64,000 bases of DNA from a bacterium (GTDB lineage Bacteria > Zhuqueibacterota > Zhuqueibacteria > Residuimicrobiales > Krinioviventaceae). This document shows positions 11,041 to 21,757 of the stretch, in pieces. Numbering within the stretch: the first letter of the stretch is position 1; the number at the start of each line of letters is the position of its first letter. The notes beneath the pieces were generated by a model. That model made no database searches, was not told where the DNA came from, and saw nothing but the letters and a program-made list of their open reading frames with translations. The position numbers were made by a program, and so were the translations under genes. Where the stretch lies: NCBI GenBank assembly GCA_963674595.2, contig CAXXFV010000017.1:1-64000 (forward strand), in the 5' to 3' direction.

Positions 11041-11560
11041 ATCATAAGCGCATTCATTCTGCGCTGGGTTACCTGACACCAGTTGAGTTCGAAAGCCATT
11101 ATTATCAGCAGGTGGCTAATTCAGGTACCCCCTGATGATCCTTGTTTTCGTGTCCAGAATCCTGGGTCCATTACATTTATCTCCTAATTTACCCCAATAT
11201 ATAACAGTTGACTTTCGAAATATTCAGATTGATTTTAAATAGCTCATTGGTTTTAATGAGCGAACCCGGCTGTTCACCGGGCTTTGGTTGGTGTAAAATT
11301 ATTATGCTCTGCAACTGCGCTACGCGTATTTGACTACGAATCTTATTAACAAATATGGGAAATTTAAACCAATTAGCGTTTTCTAAAATATGGATGTGTT
11401 TCTTGGATTTCTACTGAGGCGCTGTATTTAGGCTTATCCTAAGTTGTTTTATTGGCCTTTTGATATATTAAGCGAATAGAAAAATTAATAATTATTCATC
11501 AGTTATTACTCATTAATCATGATTCACGCTATATATGAAAACGAAAAGGATTCTTAAAAA

Positions 11561-13084
11561 GTGAAGAAAGTTATTCTCAAATCCACTCAATTATTCTTAC
11601 GATTGAAAAATAAAATTTCTAGGTTAGTTAATATTATTCCGAGATTTTATTTGAAAGATGCACTGATTGTTTTTCTCCTTTTCGCTCTTGTCTTTGCTTT
11701 TTTTTATCACGACGGTGGTTGGAATGCGAATTCTCGATTTGGTTTAATATTTTCCATAGTGCGAGGAAACCGGCTTTTTATTGATTACTACTACGACAAT
11801 TACAAATTGAAAACCCAGACTATAGACCATGCTTACTTCGACGGTCATTATTATTCGGATAAAGCCATCGGGTCAGCGATGGTAGGAGTTGTCTTTTATA
11901 AATTAATTCACTGGATTCAGCCAAAGCTTAATCCCTATAATATAAAAGCTATAAAATACTTATTGACTTTTTTTACTATTGGACTCCCCTCAGCCTTAAC
12001 AGGAAGTCTCATATATATTTTTTGTTACTATTTATCCAGGAATCGTTTTAAATCTTATTTATCAACTTTATCTATTGCTATGGGGACAATGTTTTTTCCT
12101 TTTAGTACTGTCTTTTTCAGTCACCAATTGACTTCTTCATTGCTTTTTTGGGCATTTGGTTTAATTTTCTTGCTAAAAAAGAAGCCTAAAAGATGGGAAA
12201 ATGAATTATCGTTACTTATTGGATTATTTTTAGGATGGGCATTAATTAGTGAGTACCCTTCAGTGATTATAGTTATTCCATTAGTAATCTATTATTTTTC
12301 AATAGTTGTGAAAAACAATCTTGATAGACGATTAATTTTGATAATTTTTCCATTATTAGGTGGTCTTATTCCCATTATCCTTCAGCTTTCATATAACAAA
12401 TTATGTTTCGATAATTTTTTTTCAATAGGATATAGTAATACAGGTCGTCAGGTTTATATTGAAGGAATGCAACAAGGATTATGGGGTTTCAATTGGCCAA
12501 ACTTAGAAGTACTTTTTTATATGACTCTACATCCACTTATGGGTGTATTTTGGCAATCACCTGTATTGATCTTGTCATTAATTGGGATAAAAAATATGTT
12601 AGTTAGTAAACATTATAGAGGAGAAGCAATCCTCGCCGCTTTTATTATTTTTTCCTATTTTGTCATTTTTTCAGGTTTTACATTTTGGTGGGGAGGCTCG
12701 TCAATCGGTGTACGATATATAATTCCAGTATTGCCTTTTTTCGTTATTTTTTTAATTTTTATTCCTGATAAATTTATACTGCCAGAATTAATTCTATCTT
12801 TAATATCTATTGCACAAATGTTAATACTATCCGCAAATTCTATAAGAATTTTAGATCCAGTGGTTTATAAATTTAAAAAGCTGGATTTCTTTGAATTTTC
12901 AAACATTTATAATATCAGTTTAAAACGTCTTATTAATGGTAATTTTGCCCCGAGTCTAGGCCAATATCTATTTGGTTTAGATTCTTGGTTTAGCCTTATG
13001 CCCTTGTTGATTGGCTTAGTGGGATTTAGTATTATTTTTTTCCGAGATGAATTAAAAAGTTATTTGCTACGTTGCAGAAACTGA
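11561..13084 (+). CDS. Polytopic membrane protein, GT-C (ArnT/PMT-like) glycosyltransferase family; low GC
   Basis: About 12 hydrophobic segments; N-terminal loop with NANSRF and DGHYYSDKAIG; late WWGGSSIGVRY motif. Confidence 0.55.
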   Translation: MKKVILKSTQLFLRLKNKISRLVNIIPRFYLKDALIVFLLFALVFAFFYHDGGWNANSRFGLIFSIVRGNRLFIDYYYDNYKLKTQTIDHAYFDGHYYSDKAIGSAMVGVVFYKLIHWIQPKLNPYNIKAIKYLLTFFTIGLPSALTGSLIYIFCYYLSRNRFKSYLSTLSIAMGTMFFPFSTVFFSHQLTSSLLFWAFGLIFLLKKKPKRWENELSLLIGLFLGWALISEYPSVIIVIPLVIYYFSIVVKNNLDRRLILIIFPLLGGLIPIILQLSYNKLCFDNFFSIGYSNTGRQVYIEGMQQGLWGFNWPNLEVLFYMTLHPLMGVFWQSPVLILSLIGIKNMLVSKHYRGEAILAAFIIFSYFVIFSGFTFWWGGSSIGVRYIIPVLPFFVIFLIFIPDKFILPELILSLISIAQMLILSANSIRILDPVVYKFKKLDFFEFSNIYNISLKRLINGNFAPSLGQYLFGLDSWFSLMPLLIGLVGFSIIFFRDELKSYLLRCRN

Positions 13085-13167
13085 ATGGATGACCCAATTA
13101 CTTAATAACTGTATTAATTTCTTTCCTAGATTCAAGTATCAAGTGCAACCGGCTGAGGAATGCGACG

Positions 13168-13448
13168 GTGGATATCGTAGTGTATGCGTACGCCTATAAC
13201 GGCTTAGGCGACCGCCTGCAGCAGACCGTGGGTGAGGTGACCACCAATTACATATTGGACCTGAACGCCGGGTTGACGCAAGTCTTAAGCGACGGCGACA
13301 ACGCTTCCCTGTACGGGCTTGGGCGGATCGGGGAAGAAGCGAATGATACCTGGGCCTACCACATCCCTGATGCCCTGGGCTCGGTGCGCCAACTGGCGGA
13401 CGCCAATGCAACCGTGCTACTGGCCCAGACCTACGAGCCTTACGGCGG
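13168..13448 (+). pseudogene. Rhs-core fragment, truncated at both ends, with no DPxG or toxin tip
   Basis: YAYNGLGDRLQQ...YHIPDALGSVRQLAD...YEPYG; homology to the other Rhs copies stops abruptly after GAGCCTTACGGCG. Confidence 0.88.
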
Positions 13449-13624
13449 GTATGGAGGTAAATATATTTTTGTAAAAAAAACTGGTGATTGAATTGGGTCT
13501 TTTATGACAGCGGATGGGGGTGAAAAACCCATGATTTTTATTGCATAAGTGCCTTAGATCCAGGTGCGGAAATACCAAGTGACGTTTAGAAATAACATTA
13601 GATAAGAAGAAATGTTAATAATGG

Positions 13625-13683
13625 TTGACTCGAAGTATAAAGTCTGTATAATGGAAAGAAAACGATTGCGCAAACGTTTACTA
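13625..13683 (+). promoter_or_regulatory. Sigma70-type promoter plus tandem LacI/PurR/RbsR-type operators
   Basis: TTGACT(13625)-16 bp-TATAAT(13647); AAGAAAACGATTGCGC and GCGCAAACGTTTACTA with CG centres 12 bp apart. Confidence 0.75.
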
Positions 13684-13704
13684 ATCTGATAAGGATAATA
13701 TTTC

Positions 13705-14730
13705 ATGAAACGTGTGACCATAAAAGAAGTGGCAAAATCTGCGGGGGTTTCAACCACCACGGTATCACACGTCATCAATAATACTCGAAAAGTTAATGAG
13801 CCTACACGTCAACGGGTCCTGGATGCCATGCGCGATCTCAACTTCCAGCCAAATTCAGTCGCACGAGGCTTGCGGCGTGGTGAAACCAAGACTATCGGTT
13901 TGATCGTACCGGATGTAGCCAACCTGTTCTTCGCCGAAATTTCCAGGCAGATTGAGAACATCGGTTACCAGCAAGGGTATAGTGTGATCCTATGCAACAG
14001 CGATAACAACCTGGAAAAACAGGGCGAATATATCAACACCTTGATGTCAAAGTTGGTGGATGGCGTGATCTTCATTTCTGCCGGTGATTCTTCAAAAGAA
14101 TTACAGCGATTAAGTAGCAGCGGTATACCGGTTGTTGTGGCTGATCGTGAGGTGCCGCTATCCCTGGCGGATGTTGTCATCCTGGATAACGAAACTGCCG
14201 GTTATACCGCCACCCGGCACCTAATCAATTTGGGACATAAACACATCGGCTGCATCACCGGCCCACAATCCATTACGCCCAGCATGCGCCGTGTTGATGG
14301 TTATAAACGTGCTTTGGCTGACGCAGGCATAACCTTCAATCCTGATTATATTATTTCCGGTAATTTCCAGTTCTCTGGCGGGCGCCAAGCAATGACGAAT
14401 ATGCTACGCCTGGCTCCCCGTCCTACTGCGGTGTTTGTACTAAACGATATGATGGCTATTGGCGCAATGACTGAGGTGCGTCGTTTTGGATTACGGGTAC
14501 CGGAAGACTTATCCTTTGTCGGTTTTGACGATATTGAAATGGCGACAGCAGTGATACCGGCATTAACCACTTTAGCACAACCGATAAAAGAAATGGGGGC
14601 GGTATCAATTGAATTATTGATCAGGAAGATGCAAAGAAATAGCAGTGAAGAAAGTAACCAGAGGGTCGTATTACAGGCGGAATTGGTTGTCAGAGAATCT
14701 ACTCAAAAAGTGAGGGATACTCATGGTTGA
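13705..14730 (+). CDS. rbsR: LacI-family repressor (RbsR/PurR-like)
   Basis: VTIKEVAKSAGVSTTTVSHVINNTR HTH; periplasmic-binding-like core; adjacent to ribokinase. Confidence 0.85.
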   Translation: MKRVTIKEVAKSAGVSTTTVSHVINNTRKVNEPTRQRVLDAMRDLNFQPNSVARGLRRGETKTIGLIVPDVANLFFAEISRQIENIGYQQGYSVILCNSDNNLEKQGEYINTLMSKLVDGVIFISAGDSSKELQRLSSSGIPVVVADREVPLSLADVVILDNETAGYTATRHLINLGHKHIGCITGPQSITPSMRRVDGYKRALADAGITFNPDYIISGNFQFSGGRQAMTNMLRLAPRPTAVFVLNDMMAIGAMTEVRRFGLRVPEDLSFVGFDDIEMATAVIPALTTLAQPIKEMGAVSIELLIRKMQRNSSEESNQRVVLQAELVVRESTQKVRDTHG

Positions 14731-15637
14731 TGTTGTGGTTGTGGGAAGCATAAACATGGATTTGGTGGTACAAACACAGCGGGCTCCACGATCTGGCGAG
14801 ACCATTGCCGGTACTGGTTTTAAGATGGTACCGGGAGGGAAGGGCGCAAACCAGGCTGTGGCGATCAGCCGCCTTGGCGCTTCCACTGCCATGATCGGTA
14901 ATGTCGGTGATGACGCCTTTGGTCCGATCTCGCTCGATTCCCTGAAAGCCAGTCATGTGGTAGTAGACCAGGTTCGCTGCTTACATGATTTCCCTTCAGG
15001 TACGGCCACGATCATTGTTGATGAAAGTGGAGAAAACCGGATCATCATCATAGCTGGCGCAAATGGTCAGGTAAGCAGAGCGCAGGTGGATGAGGCAGAA
15101 AGCTTGATTCAGAGCGCTCAGATGGTTGTTATGCAGTTTGAAATCCCTTTACACACGGTGGAGTACGCCATAGAAAAGGCACATGCTGATCACAAGAAGG
15201 TCCTACTTAACCCCGCCCCGGCCTATCCCATCCCGGACCATATTTTCCCCATGGTCGATTATCTGGTTGTCAATGAAACGGAAGCAGAAATGCTTTCCGG
15301 GAAAAAAGTGGAGGATGTCCAGACTGCCTTTGAAACCGGCCGAGCCCTGAATGAGCGTGGCGCTGGGGCGGTGGTGGTTACCTTGGGAGCCAATGGTGCT
15401 GTATTGGTCTCTGATACTGAGCAGCTTCACGTCCCTGCTTTAAAGGTAAAAGCTGTGGATACAACGGCAGCAGGAGATAGTTTTGTGGGTGGGTTCACTG
15501 TCTCATTGATCAAAGGTCGTAATATGAGATCGGCACTTGAGTTTGCGGTCGCAGCAGGCAGCCTGGCAGTGACAAAACTTGGCGCACAACCTTCGATACC
15601 CACAGAAGAAGAAGTTATTAATTATCTTAGTAGATGA
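14723..15637 (+). CDS. rbsK: Ribokinase
   Basis: GSINMDLV, PGGKGANQA, NPAPA, VNETE and DTTAAGDSFVG PfkB/ribokinase signatures. Confidence 0.93.
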   Translation: MVDVVVVGSINMDLVVQTQRAPRSGETIAGTGFKMVPGGKGANQAVAISRLGASTAMIGNVGDDAFGPISLDSLKASHVVVDQVRCLHDFPSGTATIIVDESGENRIIIIAGANGQVSRAQVDEAESLIQSAQMVVMQFEIPLHTVEYAIEKAHADHKKVLLNPAPAYPIPDHIFPMVDYLVVNETEAEMLSGKKVEDVQTAFETGRALNERGAGAVVVTLGANGAVLVSDTEQLHVPALKVKAVDTTAAGDSFVGGFTVSLIKGRNMRSALEFAVAAGSLAVTKLGAQPSIPTEEEVINYLSR

Positions 15638-15746
15638 AAGAGAGATAACAAAAGACTAAAGGAGGTGGTGCATATAACACGGCAAATAACTAAACATGCA
15701 TTACATTGGAAGCTAATCTAATCCAAAAAGAGAAGAAAGAGGAAAA

Positions 15747-16769
15747 ATGAAAACCAAGTATATCAATATTTTAATAGTCGCAGTGATCCTGATGTCTGCG
15801 ATCATAGGTTGTGCTCAAAAGGCAGAAGAACCCCAGACAGAGCGGGTCGTATATTTGATCAATGGCTCATTGGGAGACAATGCATTCTACGATTCCGGCC
15901 AGGTTGGTATCGACCGTATTGCAGAAGAATATGGCGTAGAGACACGCACTATCGAGTGCAACTTCGATGCTGGCCAGTACGAGCCTTCGTTACAGGCTGC
16001 TGTGGGTTATGCCGATGTGATATTTGTTATCTCCTATGGTTTCGAAGACCAGCTGAAAGAGTTCGCTGACAACAATCCGGATAAGACCTTCGTGAACCTG
16101 GATACCGTGGTGCAGAACGAAAAAGGCACCATTACTTCCGTTGACTTCATCGAGGAAGAAAGCGCATATTTGGCCGGTGTGGTCGGTGCTATGCTTACCA
16201 CCGACACCAGTGTGGCTAACATCAATGAAGAAAAGATCATCGGTGCCGTTGGAGGCGATGTTGACCCGGTGATCGATGCTTTCATGTTCGCTTATGAAAA
16301 CGGTGCCCACGAAATCGATCCAGAAGTAGTAATTGAGCGCAAGTACCTGGGCGATTGGGAAGACACGGCCAAAGGCAAGCAGGCTGCTCTTCAACTTTAC
16401 GACTTGGGCGCAGATGTGGTCTTCCAGATTGCAGCCGGTGCTGGCATTGGTGTGCTGCAGGCGGCTGGTGAGCGTGACCTGTATGCCATCGGTGTGGATA
16501 CCAACCAGAACGATATCGTCCCCGGGCACGTGGTTGCCAGCGATATCAAAGATGTCGGAATGGCGATCTGGAACGTGTTTGCCACCATTAAAGATGGCAC
16601 CTACGAACCCGGACAGGTCTTACAGTATGGTCTGTCAACCGGCGCTGTGGACGTAGTCTTTGAAGCGCAGGAGAGCGTATTGCCGCAGGCCATCATTGAT
16701 AAAGTGGACGCACTGCGCCAGCAGATTATTGATGGCGATCTGGTCGTCGAAATTTACCAACCCGAATAG
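15747..16769 (+). CDS. BMP-family (nucleoside) ABC transporter substrate-binding lipoprotein
   Basis: Lipobox AIIGC; LGDNAFYDS, EEESAYLAG, GADVVFQ and AIGVDTNQ. Confidence 0.9.
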   Translation: MKTKYINILIVAVILMSAIIGCAQKAEEPQTERVVYLINGSLGDNAFYDSGQVGIDRIAEEYGVETRTIECNFDAGQYEPSLQAAVGYADVIFVISYGFEDQLKEFADNNPDKTFVNLDTVVQNEKGTITSVDFIEEESAYLAGVVGAMLTTDTSVANINEEKIIGAVGGDVDPVIDAFMFAYENGAHEIDPEVVIERKYLGDWEDTAKGKQAALQLYDLGADVVFQIAAGAGIGVLQAAGERDLYAIGVDTNQNDIVPGHVVASDIKDVGMAIWNVFATIKDGTYEPGQVLQYGLSTGAVDVVFEAQESVLPQAIIDKVDALRQQIIDGDLVVEIYQPE

Positions 16770-16803
16770 TGAAATTTTGTAAGGTTTTGATTTAGACTTG
16801 TAC

Positions 16804-16841
16804 TGTCGAGACGTTTACTGTCCTATGTGAACGTCTCGACA
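16804..16841 (+). other. Intercistronic stem-loop after the binding-protein gene (mRNA stabiliser or partial terminator)
   Basis: TGTCGAGACGTTTAC-8 nt-GTGAACGTCTCGACA. Confidence 0.6.
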
Positions 16842-16882
16842 TACTGGACTTATCTATTATTTTTATTCCGGTAAGAAAGGAT

Positions 16883-18418
16883 GTGCGCGTGGGTGCAATA
16901 ATCGAAATAAAAAACATGGTCAAGGTCTTCCCGCCCAACGTGGTGGCGCTGGACAATGTTTCGGTGTCATTTAACGAAGGGGAAATCCATGCAATTGTGG
17001 GAGAGAACGGCGCCGGGAAATCCACCTTGATGAAGATCCTCTATGGACTGTACCATGCCAACTCAGGCGAAGTGAGCTTCCAGGGGAAGCCGGCCAATTT
17101 CCACGATCCCGGTGAGGCTATCGCCAACGGGATTGGCATGGTGCACCAGGAGATCATGTTGGTCTCGGAATACACCGTATGGCAAAACGTGGTACTTGGC
17201 GTGGAGCCGGTAGGCTTGTTTGGGCATGTGGACAGCGCCAAAGCCCGGCAGCAGGTGCAGGCGCGCATCGAAGAATTCAATTTCAACCTGGATCCAGATG
17301 CCGAAGTAGGGGAGATATCGGTGGCTGCCCGCCAGAAAGTGGAAATCCTCAAGCTTTTATATCGTAACGTGTCTGTCTTGATCCTGGATGAACCTACCTC
17401 AGTGCTGACACCTCAAGAGGTACCGCAGTTGTTCGGCGAACTGCGCCGCCTGCGTGATAACGGTCATACTATCTTGTTCATCTCCCATCATCTGGATGAA
17501 GTGTTGGAATTGAGTGATCGTATCACGGTGCTTCGCCGTGGACAAAAAGTAGGAACGGTAAACGCCAAGGATACCAACAAGAAGGAATTAGCCCAGATGA
17601 TGGTTGGGCGTGAAGTGGTCTTCACCACACTACGGGAAGAGCATACCGCCGGGGAGATGGTCTTCGACCTGGATAACCTGAATTATATAGATGCCGAAGG
17701 TCGGCATCGTTTGAAAGACATCAGCTTACAGGTGCGTGCGGGTGAGATCGCTGGGATTGCTGGCGTTGAGGGAAACGGCCAATTGGAATTGGTGAATGCG
17801 ATCATGGGGCTGATCAATCCCGATCAAGGAAAGATGATCGTTATGGGGGAAGACGAGATGTACGCCCCCATATTGGAGCGGCGTAAAAAGATCTCTTTCG
17901 TATCACAGGACCGCGGCAATATGAGCGCCTGCCTGCCTGCTTCGATCATGGAGAATGCTATCATGACCCATTACCGTCTGAGCCAGCGTTTCTCCAGCAT
18001 GAATGGATGGGTATTGGACTATAGAGAGGCCGGTAAATTCACAGGTGAGGTTCAGGAGCAGTTTGCCGTACAGATGGATACCAAAGAGGCTGAATTCCGT
18101 TCGCTCTCTGGTGGTAACCAACAAAAGGTTATCCTGGGGCGCGAACTTTTACTGGATACGCCTTTCATCCTTTTAGACCAGCCAACGCGCGGCCTGGATG
18201 TCGGATCGATCGAATATGTGCACCGGAAGATCCTGGACATGCGAAAAGAAGGCCGGGCTATCCTGCTGCTCTCGGCAGACCTGGAAGAATTATTTCGCTT
18301 GTGTGACCGCATCTATGTATTAAGCCGTGGGCAGGTGGTGGCAAACCTGCGTACGGAGGATACGGATATTAGTGAAGTAGGTTACCTTATGTTGGAAGGG
18401 AATTCGAATGAAGTTTAA
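16883..18418 (+). CDS. CUT2/nucleoside ABC transporter ATP-binding protein (two ATPase domains)
   Basis: [23 protein letters not shown] and [10 protein letters not shown]. Confidence 0.93.
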   Translation: MRVGAIIEIKNMVKVFPPNVVALDNVSVSFNEGEIHAIVGENGAGKSTLMKILYGLYHANSGEVSFQGKPANFHDPGEAIANGIGMVHQEIMLVSEYTVWQNVVLGVEPVGLFGHVDSAKARQQVQARIEEFNFNLDPDAEVGEISVAARQKVEILKLLYRNVSVLILDEPTSVLTPQEVPQLFGELRRLRDNGHTILFISHHLDEVLELSDRITVLRRGQKVGTVNAKDTNKKELAQMMVGREVVFTTLREEHTAGEMVFDLDNLNYIDAEGRHRLKDISLQVRAGEIAGIAGVEGNGQLELVNAIMGLINPDQGKMIVMGEDEMYAPILERRKKISFVSQDRGNMSACLPASIMENAIMTHYRLSQRFSSMNGWVLDYREAGKFTGEVQEQFAVQMDTKEAEFRSLSGGNQQKVILGRELLLDTPFILLDQPTRGLDVGSIEYVHRKILDMRKEGRAILLLSADLEELFRLCDRIYVLSRGQVVANLRTEDTDISEVGYLMLEGNSNEV

Positions 18419-19445
18419 ACTGGTCAACGGTTTGGTCGGCATACTGCTGGCTATGCTGCTGGGTGCAGTGGTGATGGTAGTGCAGGGATACCACCCGGTG
18501 GAAACCTATATGGCGTTATTTAATTACTCCCTGGGAGATTGGTATTCCTTCTCGACCATGTTGCGCAATTCGGTACCGCTGATCCTGACCGGACTATCGG
18601 CTTCGGTGGCCTTTGCCTCCGGCCCGGTGAACCTTGGCCAGCCTGGCCAGTTGGTGATCGGCGCTTTATTCGCCACGGTCGGCGGCTTATATCTTGACCT
18701 GCCGGCATACCTGATGATACCGGTGTTGATCATCCTTGCTATGTTGGGTGGAGCGTTGTGGTCTGGTCTGGCAGCATTAATGAAGCATTGGTTCAATATG
18801 GACGAGTTCATTACCACTCTGATGCTTAACATGATCGCCGATTTTTTCACTTATTGGGCGATCTCATATCCCTTTTTCGATAACACGGCTTATTCGCCAA
18901 TGACTCCACAGATCAATGAAGGCGGTTGGTTGCCTAAATTTGGTGATTTCAACAGCAATGTGATCATCATGGTGGTTACCTTTTTAATCATTTGGTTCGT
19001 TTTTACACGTACTTCATCGGGATACGAATGGCGTATCTCCGGGCAGAACAGCCTGTTTGCCCGTCTGGGTGGAGTCAAGATCAATAAAAATTACATTATG
19101 GTCATGCTGCTTACCGGTGCTCTGGCTGGTTTGGCCGGCGGTTTGGTGGTGATGGCGGGCCCGCACCGCTTCATAAAGGATATCGGCGCCAACTATGCCT
19201 GGGATGGTGTGATGATCGCTATGGTGGCTAACAACGGCATCATCGCAACCTTGCTGTATGGCTTATTCTTTGCCACGTTGCAGACGGGCGCCATTGGCAT
19301 GGAACTTATTACTGCTGTACCGAGTGAATTGATCATGGTGCTGCAGGCAGTGATCGTATTATTGGTGGTGGCAATGCGCGGATACCTGGATATCCTGGTT
19401 AACAACATGGCAGAACGACAAAAAGTACGGGAGCGTACGGCATGA
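18408..19445 (+). CDS. Nucleoside ABC transporter permease
   Basis: Multi-TM; [24 protein letters not shown] and WDGVMIA. Confidence 0.9.
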   Translation: MKFKLVNGLVGILLAMLLGAVVMVVQGYHPVETYMALFNYSLGDWYSFSTMLRNSVPLILTGLSASVAFASGPVNLGQPGQLVIGALFATVGGLYLDLPAYLMIPVLIILAMLGGALWSGLAALMKHWFNMDEFITTLMLNMIADFFTYWAISYPFFDNTAYSPMTPQINEGGWLPKFGDFNSNVIIMVVTFLIIWFVFTRTSSGYEWRISGQNSLFARLGGVKINKNYIMVMLLTGALAGLAGGLVVMAGPHRFIKDIGANYAWDGVMIAMVANNGIIATLLYGLFFATLQTGAIGMELITAVPSELIMVLQAVIVLLVVAMRGYLDILVNNMAERQKVRERTA

Positions 19446-20335
19446 GAGTATTCATTGGTTTGATCAACGGCATGATCGCAGCCACGACCCCCATTTTACT
19501 GGCTGCTTTGGGCGGCACATTGACCTTTTACGCCGGTATCTTCAATATCGCCATGGAAGGCATGATGCTTGCGGGAGCGTTCTTTGCGGTCATCGGTTCA
19601 TATTACTTTTCTTCTTGGGTGATGGGCATTTTGTTGGCGATCATAGGGTCGCTGGCTATGGCGCTGATCTTCATTGTTTTTGCGGTAGTATTGAAGACCG
19701 ATGAGTTTGTCACCGGTATCGGGTTGAACCTTTTCGCTCTGGGCGTGACCACATACATGTTGCGCCAGATATTCGACGTCAAAGGGGCATTTGCCGGGCC
19801 AGGAATTGTTTCGATCCCCAATATCAATATCCCGCTTGTCGAGGATATCCCTTTCTTAGGCGAAATCCTTAGCGGGCACAATCTGATTGTTTATGTGGCA
19901 TTCATTGTCACCTTTATTGTCTCGTACCTGGTTTTTAAAACCCGTTTTGGCCTGCGGCTGCGCGCTGCCGGATACAATGCAGTCTGTCTGGATACCAGCG
20001 GTGTCTCTTCCAACCGCATCCGTGTATGGTCGCTGCTGCTGTGCGGCGTGCTGTGCGGTCTGGCCGGCGCTTTCCTTTCATTGGGATACGTGACCCTTTT
20101 CTCGGAGAATATGTCCGCCGGTCGTGGATGGATCTCGCTGGCAGCGGTGATCTTGGTCAACGGCAATCCACTGGGTATAGCATTGATCTCGTTGTTGTTC
20201 GGGTTTTCAGATGGACTGGGATTGTTCTTGCAGCAGGTCCTTCCCTCCCAATTTACTTCGATGGTCCCTTACGTGGCCACATTGATCGCGTTATTCGTTT
20301 ATTCAGTTCGCAGGAAGGAGAAAACACTGACATGA
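19442..20335 (+). CDS. Nucleoside ABC transporter permease
   Basis: [29 protein letters not shown] and GRGWISLAA. Confidence 0.9.
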   Translation: MRVFIGLINGMIAATTPILLAALGGTLTFYAGIFNIAMEGMMLAGAFFAVIGSYYFSSWVMGILLAIIGSLAMALIFIVFAVVLKTDEFVTGIGLNLFALGVTTYMLRQIFDVKGAFAGPGIVSIPNINIPLVEDIPFLGEILSGHNLIVYVAFIVTFIVSYLVFKTRFGLRLRAAGYNAVCLDTSGVSSNRIRVWSLLLCGVLCGLAGAFLSLGYVTLFSENMSAGRGWISLAAVILVNGNPLGIALISLLFGFSDGLGLFLQQVLPSQFTSMVPYVATLIALFVYSVRRKEKTLT

Positions 20336-21720
20336 GAAAACAAGCTTGGCAGCGAGAACGTGAATTACGGCAGGAAGCGATTCCTGTTGATCGACGTATT
20401 CATGACAGCAACTGGTACACCGCTGATTTTGATGTGCCTTATGGCGACGCTCTGATCGATATGTTCTGGAAATCCAGTGTACCTGGATCCAGTGCCCCTG
20501 AAATTCCCTACCAGGAAATGATGCAGGCTAAAGCCAACCTGGGCTACGATGTGAGCAAGGCTGAGGCTCTGCTGGATGAAGGCTTGGCCCTGCACCAGCA
20601 GGGGAATGTGGAAGACCTGCGGGTGGTGACTGCCAGGATCATGGCCGCGTTGTATGATGCCCCGGTGGATACCAAGCATAGTTACCACCAATACGAACAT
20701 CCTAATACATGGGAGCAGGTGCTCATCAGCCTGGCAGTGAAGGACGAGGGCAAGCTGCCTGCCTGGGATGAAGCCTTTGCTGAAAAAATCTACCAGGGAT
20801 GGATCGGGCAGTTAGCTGGCGGTTCCTTCGGCACGGCCATAGAGGGCTACACCGGAGAACAGATAACCAAAGTGTATGGGGAGATCGACGGTTATATCAC
20901 CGAGCCGGAGACCACCAACGATGATGTGGTCTATGAGCTAGTGCTGCTGGACGTGTTTGAAAAGTACGGCCGGTCGATGACCTCCGAACAGTTAGGGTGG
21001 GAGTGGGTACGCCAGATACCTTTTGGATGGTCGGCTGAGTGGATGGCGCTGCGTAACCTGGCGCTGGGGATCAAACCGCCACAGTCGGGTGACTGGCAAA
21101 ACCCGTATTCTGATTGGATCGGTGTACAGATGCGCGGCATGATCAATGGCTTGCTGGCGCCGGCCTGGCCGATGGAAGCTATCCGGCTGGCACACATCGA
21201 CGGGGTGGTTTCGCATAGCCGAAATGGTGTGTATGGTGGGATGTTCGCGGCGGTATTGACCTCGCTGGCTTTTGTAGAGCATGATATCCGTGATCTGATC
21301 AAACGTGGCATGGATTACCTGCCACAAAAAAGCGAGTACATGGCAGTAGCGCGTGACGTGCTGGCTATTGCTGAAAGTGAAGCCGACCCGGCAGCCGCCT
21401 GGAAGCGTATGGATGAGCGGATTGAACGTTACAACTGGATCCATGCATATCCCAACCTTGCCGCTGACCTGTTCGCCATGTGGTATGGCGGAGGTGATTT
21501 TACCAAAACGATGTCGTTGTTGGCACAGGCTGGCAATGACGTAGATTGTAATGCAGGTCTGGTTGGAACCGTGTTGGGTGTGCTTTCCGGTGTACCTGAA
21601 AAGTGGGCTGCCCCCATTGGTGATTTGCTCGAGACTTATATTAAAGGCAAAGAAAAGTTATCGATTAAAGATTTGGCGCGCCGAACTGCTGAAATGGCAA
21701 AAGATACCTGGCCAAAATAG
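20332..21720 (+). CDS. ADP-ribosylglycohydrolase (ARH/DraG) family protein
   Basis: [37 protein letters not shown] and DVDCNAG Mg-binding motifs; ATG 20332 overlaps the permease stop (ATGA). Confidence 0.85.
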   Translation: MRKQAWQRERELRQEAIPVDRRIHDSNWYTADFDVPYGDALIDMFWKSSVPGSSAPEIPYQEMMQAKANLGYDVSKAEALLDEGLALHQQGNVEDLRVVTARIMAALYDAPVDTKHSYHQYEHPNTWEQVLISLAVKDEGKLPAWDEAFAEKIYQGWIGQLAGGSFGTAIEGYTGEQITKVYGEIDGYITEPETTNDDVVYELVLLDVFEKYGRSMTSEQLGWEWVRQIPFGWSAEWMALRNLALGIKPPQSGDWQNPYSDWIGVQMRGMINGLLAPAWPMEAIRLAHIDGVVSHSRNGVYGGMFAAVLTSLAFVEHDIRDLIKRGMDYLPQKSEYMAVARDVLAIAESEADPAAAWKRMDERIERYNWIHAYPNLAADLFAMWYGGGDFTKTMSLLAQAGNDVDCNAGLVGTVLGVLSGVPEKWAAPIGDLLETYIKGKEKLSIKDLARRTAEMAKDTWPK

Positions 21721-21757
21721 TGTAAAGATAATTGACTTTTTGACCTAATTTATATAA

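Larger units (their letters stand above)
8891..11135 (+). pseudogene. IS3 OrfB DDE transposase, disrupted at 9703/11049 by IS256
   Basis: WVSDVTY, HHSDQG.HY and ENGYAER..RTIKEE; removing IS256 plus one target duplication restores YNHKRIHSALGYLTPVEFE to a stop at 11135. Confidence 0.9.
8566..11175 (+). mobile_element. IS3-family element, interrupted by an IS256 element
   Basis: TG...CA ends; 28-bp terminal inverted repeats TGTAGTGGACCCCAAAAACTGGACACGA versus (reverse complement) TGTAATGGACCCAGGATTCTGGACACGA, 22/28 identical; orfA/orfB overlap with an A7G motif at 8891-8898. Confidence 0.93.

Noticed and set aside
11242-11328. tRNA-like D-arm on the minus strand (GCGTAGCGCAGTTGCAGAGCA) and two small hairpins
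   Set aside because: No acceptor stem, anticodon arm or proper T-loop can be folded, and there are no attC-type RYYYAAC/GTTRRRY ends.
20026-20331. Extended N-terminus of the 564-aa ARH ORF
   Set aside because: It overlaps the permease gene in another frame; ATG 20332 with an AGGAG RBS and ATGA coupling is the better start.
20332-21720. ARH gene as a Tri1-like immunity protein against an Rhs ADP-ribosyltransferase
   Set aside because: It is translationally coupled to the ABC permease in a ribokinase operon, and neither visible toxin tip shows R-S-E or H-Y-E ART motifs; a metabolic role is more parsimonious.
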